From Gonapodya sp. JEL0774 (taxonomy: Eukaryota), in contig JADIIX010000167.1 of NCBI GenBank assembly GCA_027604505.1, positions 1 through 41,821 of the forward strand: 41,821 bases of DNA, written 5' to 3'. The position numbers and the translations under genes were made by a program. The stretch's first letter is position 1. Each line of letters opens with the position of its first letter. Below are positions 34,899-41,821 of the stretch, one piece after another. The notes below the pieces were generated by a model. The model was not told the origin of the DNA and did no database searches. It saw only the letters and a program-made list of their open reading frames with translations.

Positions 34899-37800
34899 CT
34901 AATCAACCTCCATCCTATCCACCTCCCCTTCCTCACCCTCCCCGCCCTCACCCCCCTTCGTCCCCTTCTTTGCCCGCCCCGTCCCCGTCCCACTCCCACT
35001 CTTTGCAACACCACCGCCCGCCGCCGCACCCCGCGCCCCCCTTCCCCTCCCCCTCCCCCGCCCCCGTCCCCTTCCACTCCCGTTCCTCTCAAGCGCCTCC
35101 GCCGCCCACGCCAGATCGAACAAGCTCGCCATCGGACCTCCCGGCGAGGACGGCGACCCGCCCGCCGTGTCCCCGTCGTCCCCCCCGCCGTTGTTGTTCT
35201 CCCCGTCGCCCTCCTCCACCCCGCCGCCCGCTCCCTCGTCCGCCCCACCACCACCATCCGCATCCCCTTCCCCTTCCCCTTGTCCATCCTCCCGAGCACC
35301 CGACTCCTCCCCTTGTCCATCTGCGCTCGCCACCACAGCCCCAGCCGCAGCCCCACCACCACCACCCGCGCCACCTTTCCCAGCACCTGCACCAGCACCC
35401 TTCTTGTTAATTCTCAGCTTCGCCGGTTTTGCCGTCGTCGTCGCCGTCAACTTCACTTCCACCGTCGGCACCACCACCTCGGGCTCAGCATCCCCAGCGT
35501 CAGCGTCCGCAGCTTCCCCGCCCGCCCCACCAGCCGGTCCCGTCCCCACCTCCCCCACCTCCCCCACCGCAAACGCCACCGTCTTCTTCCCCCTCCCCTT
35601 CCCCTTCCCCTTCCCTTTCCCCACCCCCCCAACAGCCGTCACCCCAAGCCCAACCGCCGCCCCTGCCCCCGCCGCCGTGACGTCCACCTTCACCCCCCCG
35701 GCCGCCGTCAGCGCCGCCACCGTCTGCTCCACACTGGTACGGGCAACCTCGGCGCCGCCAGTTCCCGTTGAAGTCGTACCCGCCACCGCCACCGCTCCCG
35801 CGTTGAACCCAGGCAACAGCGCCCGCAAACCCTCCTCCAGCGGCGTCCCCATGGCCGTTGCCTGCGCCAGCATGGCCGCCAGCTGTTTTTCCGTGAGGGG
35901 TTTGGGATGGCCCGCATGCCCCGTCTTGGCTCGCCCGCGCGAGGCGACCCGTTTCTTAGGCATCATACCGTGGGCCCCCCCTGGGCCACCTTCTGAACCG
36001 GCTGCGGATCCAACGTGGCCCGGCGCCATCTGCACCTGCTCCGCCAGTTCCGACGATAAATAGTCAGCCACCAACGTCGCCGCCTTGCCCTGCTTGCCAT
36101 GCTGCCCCAGCGCCTGGGCCTGCGCCCCTTGCTGCTGCATGTGGACCTGCATCTGCATCTGTTGCTGCGGCTGCGCCACCGCATTGGCCGCCGCAATGGC
36201 CGCAGACGTCGCGGCGGCGATCGCATCGTCCGCCGCCACCATGGACGGAAACCCCATCTGGGCCATCAAGTCCCCAACATTGGTCACCCCCGCCATCCCT
36301 TGCTGGACTGCAGCCGCAGCCGCTGCTGCCGCCGCTGCTGCTGCGGCAGCGGCGTTGGCGTCCTCGTCGGCCGCGGCGGCGTGGGCCGCGCGGCTGCCGG
36401 GTGAGGATGGGCCGCCGGTGGCGGTGGGGCGGAACTTCCAGCAGGAGCGGGATCGGGAATGGCGGTGGAGGTGGTCGAGTCTGGGAATGCGGATGCGGGG
36501 GCGGGGATAGAGGTGGACGGTTTCAGTGTTTCTAATGCTTCCTGCCGTTCCGTCGTTCCCCCTTTCGCCCCACCGGCTCCGCTGTTCGTCCAACGAGCAT
36601 ACGTGCACCACGGGACCCCCCGCGACCCCACGCCACCGCATCCCCACACCCACACATGCGTCTGCGCTGCACCCCCCCAAGCACCGACTCCGCATGCCCT
36701 GGTATGGGCTCGTCTTCGTGCACCGAGGTGGACCAGGCGCACACCGGTCCCGCTCTACACTTCAGACCGCACTGACAACCCCCGTCCGCTCCCCACCCCA
36801 ACCCTCGTAGCCCCGTTACCGCATCTCCTCTCCCAACCAACACCGCCCCCAACCCCGCCAAGCCAACCCACCTGGTAAACCTCTTTCCACAACTCTGACA
36901 TGCCAAAGCGTCCCCTTCCTCGTGGCCCCTGGTATGCCTCTGCAAGTCCCCCTTGCGATAGAACGTGAGGTTGCAGTGGGGACAGGGGAGTTTCTCCCGG
37001 TCGGGGAAGTGGGTCGCGATGTGCGTTTTGAGGTTGAATTTGCTGGGGGGGTGTGGGACCGGGGAAAGGGGAAGGAATATGGTGAGGTGAGAAGAGACAA
37101 GAGACGGAGGGGAGGTGGGGATGTGCGATGTGGGCTCGGGCTATTCGTGCCATCGACACATGGGTCCATGAGGGCCTCGGGCCACTGGTAAGAACATTAT
37201 CTCGCTCTCCGTCGACTGGACCGCACACAAGTGTATCAAGTCCGTATGAGCCGCACAAGACTCTCACTCGGGGTGACAAGCCCGGCTCATCTGGAATACG
37301 CTCGATCGCCAGAATTGCCCCCTTGCCAGAGTTGCCCCCTTGCCCCCTCGCCACTCGACGTACTCACCGGGCAAACGACTGGGTACAAATATGACACACA
37401 TACTCGGCGCCACTCCTCAACACCTCCCCTGTGTGCAGTGTCATTGCTGCGATCTGTTCTGGGGTGAAAATGACGTGCGTCGCCGGCCCCCCGCCCGCGC
37501 CAACCCCGCCGGCGTGGCCGTGGTCGTGCTGAGGATCGTGGTGCGGGTCGAGAACGTCGACAGAGTGCCCGTCCTGGTCGACGAGGCGGCCGTCAGGGCC
37601 GATTGAGAGTTTGGGCTGTTGTTGCTGGGGTTGTTGGTGTTGTTGAGGTGGTGCGGGAGGGGGAGGGCCGGCGACGGTGGCGCGGCCGCGTTTGCGGACG
37701 GAGGGGTAGAGGTTGAGGGGGTTTTGATGGGCGTGGGAGTTGAGAGTCTTGAGGATTTCTTGGTTGTAGAAAAAGAGCAGGGGGTTGGGTTGTTGCTGGG

Positions 37801-38113
37801 CGGCGTCTGCGTCTGCATCCCCGTCTGCGTCTGCGTCCGGGTCGTTGTGGTGCTGGTGGTCCTGGTCGTTGTGGTTGTCTTGGCCGTGTCCGTCGTCGCC
37901 ACCGTTTCCGTCCTTGGGAACCACCACGCCCGCATCCACGTCTGCCATGTCGCCGCTGCTCTTACCGTCCATCCCCATCCCCCCCCTGTCGGCGGCGCCG
38001 TTGCCGTCGGTCTCGTCCTTGATGGGATCAGCAGGGACCATGTGGGCGTCCTCCTTGTCCTTCTGTGCTTGTGTCTGTGCGGCACCACCAACGGCACTTT
38101 GCGGTCTTCGCAT
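34899..38113 (-). CDS. C2H2 zinc-finger transcription factor with three fingers and low-complexity tails (~832 aa, 3 exons)
   Basis: Exons 38113-37368, 37042-36872, 36480-34899. Fingers: YVCHICTQSFARKFNLKTHIATH, CPHCNLTFYRKGDLQRHTRGH, CQSCGKRFTRLDHLHRHSRSRSC. Start codon uncertain. Confidence 0.85.
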
Positions 38114-38989
38114 TGGGCTGTGTCGGTTCAAAGCGGCAGGTCACACAACTGTGCTGTGGGTAAAGTGACTCTGGTCGCGACCAAGGACGCGCTGTGGTGC
38201 GTTGTCTGTGGTTGTCGCGTGACCGGAGTTGCGGACCGAAGAAGCAGAAAATGGGGTGTGGCACAGCAAATGGCCCGTGCGTTGGTGGACCGTGTCCACC
38301 GAGTCCAACAAATGCAAAAGAGTAATCCGGAGGTACAACAATTGAGTGAATATCGATTGGAGTGTGCAATGGTTGGAACCAGTGGAGCAATTCATTCAGA
38401 TCCCCACCATGTTGTTTCTTTCTTACGCTGGTACCAACAGCCTGCACCTTCACCCACGGCCAGACAAACTCAGAGCCCGCGCCGCGGTAGATCTCGAAGC
38501 TCATCTGGAGAAGGGGACATTGATACGTTGTGTCATCACTCTCGCCTGCGGAAAATGGTCAACAGATCTCCGAGATGTGCGCGAAAGAGCAAATGTTTAC
38601 ACTACACTACGTACGAGGCAAAAAGACAAAGCAGAATTCGGGAGCTGTTGACCAATGAAATTTCGGTTTGATGGCACCAAAGGATGGTAACATCGCGACC
38701 AAACGGTGGCTTCAATAACCTAATGTAATATTCGCCTTCTCTGTCTTCTCACATTTAATAAATAGCGCATGTATAACTTATTGTTCACGGATCCACCCTT
38801 CGTCACCACGGCTGCCACAGCACCTCACCAGTATCTCAAGGAAGCAGATTCTCACGCAGTAAGCATCACAGCGAAGTTCCACCGGCCACTGGCGTCTCGA
38901 GTACAACTGCTGTAATTAACAGCTGTGCGACTACACCGTCTGAAGATCGAAAAGCACAAGAAATATATTCTTACTTTTACCTCTCGACA

Positions 38990-41821
38990 TCACGACCCCC
39001 GCAACCGCTCCAACGCAGCTCGCGCCTCCCATGTCCCCGCCAACTCGTACATCTCAATCGCCTTGTTCAAGTCCCTTTTTAATCCTCCGAGTCCCCTTTC
39101 GGACATCCGACCGAGACCCACTGCAGCGACCACGTCCCCCTCGTCGAGAGCCTCCGTGTACAAGCGCCAAGCGGCCGCCAAGTCCTGTTCTAACCCTCCT
39201 CGACCGTCCTCGTACATGCCGGCTAGTAAAGTCTTTGCCATGCACCTGAGATCTTTCAAATAGTACTCCACTGCTTTTTGCTCATCTTTTGTTCTTCCGC
39301 CCCACCCACGCTCATGGAGGATCCCAAGTGCCCAATTATGCTCGCCATCACCTGATCTTGTAAATAGTCCCTCCGCCATTCCCACATCACGCTCACACCC
39401 ACCGAGACAATGCAAGTAGAACAAGTATGCGAGATTGAACTGTGCCCAAGCATCTCCTTGCTCCACGGCGGCCGTGAAGAGTTTTTTGGCTTCATCTACA
39501 TCACGTGATGCACCGCGTCCTTGGACGTACATCCACCCGAGACCGTTTTGTGCGCTGGCGTGACCCTGGTCGGCGGCCCTCCTGTACCACTTCACAGCCT
39601 CTGCCTCGTCCTTCTGCACAGTCAAACCGGTCTCGTACATGAAACCAAGATATGACTGTGCCGGTGCATGTTCCTGGTCGGCGGCTCTCCTGTACCACTT
39701 CACAGCCACCGCCTCGTCCTTCTGCACGCCATTCCCGTCGGAGTACATCAAACCGAGATTAATATGCGCGCCTGTATGCCCCTGGTCTGCGGCCATCCTG
39801 TACCACTTCACAGCCTCCACCTCGTCCTTCTGCACGCCATCGCCGTTGGAGTACATCAAACCGAGATTAACTTGCGCATCTACTTGGCCCTGGCCGGCAG
39901 CCTTCCTGTACCATTTTACAGCCTCTACCTCGTCCTTCTGCACACCCTTGCCGTGCTGGTACATGAACCCAAGGTTGACCTCTGCATCTGCATGGCCCTG
40001 GTCGGCAGCCTTCCGGTACCAATTCACAGCTTCTACCTCGTCCTTCTGGATGCCCTCCCCGTTCGCGTACATCAAACCAAGATTGGACTGCGCTGGTGCG
40101 TTCTTCTGGTCGGCGGCCCTCCTGTACCACTTCACAGCCTCCTCCTCGTCCTTCTGCACACCCCACCCGTTCTGGTACATCAAACCAAGTTTGGACTGGG
40201 CTGGTGCGTGTCCCTGGTCGGCGGCCCTCCTGTACCACTTCACAGCCTCCACTGTATCCTTCTCCACCCCCCACCCGTTGTCGTACATCCGCCCGAGACT
40301 GTTTTGTGCACCTGCGTTCCCCTGGTCCGCAGCTCTCCTGTACCACTTCACAGCCTCTGCCTCGTCCTTCGGCACACCCCACCCGTTCTGGTACATCAAA
40401 CCAAGATTGGACTGGGCCGGAGCGTGTCCCTGGTCGGCAGCCCTCCTGTACCACTTCACAGCCTCCACTGTGTCCTTCTCCACACCCCGCCCCCTGTCGT
40501 ACATCCACCCGAGACCGTTTTGTCCACCTGCGTTCCCCTGGTCGGCAGCCTTCCTGTACCACCTCACAGCCTCTGTCTCGTCCTTCTGTACACCCTTGCC
40601 GTGCTGGTACATGAATCCGAGGTTGACTTGCGCATCTGCATAGCCCTGGCCAGCGGCCATCCGGTACCACTTCACAGCCTCTGCCTCGTCCTTCTGCACG
40701 CCCTGCCCGTTCCCATACATGAACCCGACCCCGAACTGGGCCATTGCGTGACCCTGATCTGCGACTTTCCTCCACCACTTCACAGCCTCCTTGGGGTCTT
40801 CTGCGTGACCTTGACCGAAATAGAAGCAAGTACCCAGGTCAAACTGTGCCTGAAGGTTACCATTTTCAGCGGCAAGTTGGCACCACTTGAACGCAGATTC
40901 GAGGTTCTTTGGAAGTATCCCAAGTCCATTCTTGTAGAAAAAGTAGAGTTTATACATTGCTTGCACATGGCCAAATTCCGCTGCACGTAAATAAACCTGG
41001 GATGCCTTGTCCAAGTTCTGTTCCCTTCCTTGACGTCCATGGTGAAACTCATCTGCCAATGTCCATAAAAATTCTGCGTCACCGATCAATTCTGCCTCAG
41101 GGACCGTGTCAATCTCGACTGCTGGTCGTTCAGGACTAGGTGGAGTGCGGTGAGAAACCAGCATGATCGATAAACAAACATCGTGCTCACGTGATCTGAG
41201 AAAGCGTGCCAACAATTGAAGAAAACGGTGGACGCTGGGTTGGATCTGGAGCCCAGCATCGTCGCATCAGCGTTTCGAGTTCCGCGGGCATATTGGCGTC
41301 TGCCGGAACGTGCGGCCGTTCATGGGGATGACCGCATATCTTCGGTAGAAATGCATAGAACTGCAGGGTGGGAAGTTCGCCGAATGGTTCATTCTTGGTC
41401 CAGAGCTTCGCAGACGATCAACAAATGTTTGTTAAAGGGTCAACACTTAACAATGACGGCTTCGCTCCTTACCGAGTATATGACCATTCCAAATGCGTAA
41501 ACATCGTCTGCTTTTGTTGTCCCCTCTCCTCGTAATCGTTCAGGTGACATATATCGCGCCTTCCCAACACGATCACCGGTGGCGTCAAATGTCGCTGCAC
41601 TCAAAACTTTCGACGTTCCAAAATCAGTCAAAACTGCGTGTTTCCTTCTATCGACAAGAGCATTGTCCGGAGAGAGATCCGCGTGGACTATGTTCAAGCT
41701 GTGCAAGTACTCCAACCCGCAAGCAATATCGAGAAGCTAGAAGCGAAATGGAACCTAAAACGTGGCTGACTGCAGCCACACAAGTGATATGGACGCACCA
41801 GCAAGAGTACTTCAGCTCGCC
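38990..41821 (-). CDS. Tyrosine-kinase-like (TKL) kinase fused to ~19 Sel1-like repeats; 5' part outside window
   Basis: Exons >41821-41799, 41736-41473, 41405-41191, 41135-38990. Kinase motifs LEYLHSLNIVHADLSPDN, DFG, RYMSPE, DVYAFG, CWAPDPTQRP. Sel1 consensus AQxNLGxMYxxGxGVxKDxxEAVKWYRxAADQG. Confidence 0.92.
39563..40750 (-). repeat. Eleven highly similar 108-bp coding tandem repeats (Sel1 core)
   Basis: CTGTACCACTTCACAGCCTC-like words recur every 108 bp, giving 11 exact-length 36-aa units. Confidence 0.92.

Noticed and set aside
34751..38671. Long + strand ORFs (34893-35771, 35167-36063, 37619-38671)
   Set aside because: Antisense shadows of the GC-rich, low-complexity zinc-finger gene.
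39639..40990. Long antisense and alternate-frame ORFs over the Sel1 array
   Set aside because: Expected when a stop-free 108-bp unit is tandemly repeated. No independent coding evidence.
1..41821. tRNA, rRNA, or intact transposase/reverse transcriptase genes
   Set aside because: None recognised by eye. tRNAscan-SE, Infernal and a repeat-library search would be needed to exclude them.

Overview
Eukaryotic, intron-rich (GT-AG) genomic DNA. The gene content (Atp23, TKL kinase-Sel1, ankyrin-SH3, plant-style LRR receptor) suggests an early-diverging zoosporic fungus; this is an inference, not a database result. The window has two compartments. (1) About 1-3750 is AT-richer, visibly CpG-poor and decayed. 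It holds an intronless giant-virus-like (Nucleocytoviricota) gene pair: a broken TFIIS and a 5'-truncated SWIB/MDM2 gene. Both sides of the pair carry ~154-bp-period repeats made of a conserved ~90-95-bp block and a variable hairpin-forming spacer, and a WD40 pseudogene relic follows. (2) About 5200-41821 holds nine host genes whose exons I joined by hand with consistent phases: an LRR-TM-SH3 receptor, a GON4L/DUO3-like Myb/SANT protein, a GRF-ZF/HARP/HARP/RING protein, a ~2380-aa ING-like PHD protein, ATP23, an alpha-helical (PPR-like?) protein, an ankyrin-coiled-coil-SH3 protein, a C2H2 zinc-finger factor and a TKL kinase-Sel1 protein that runs off the window end. All domain calls are by-eye motif recognition.
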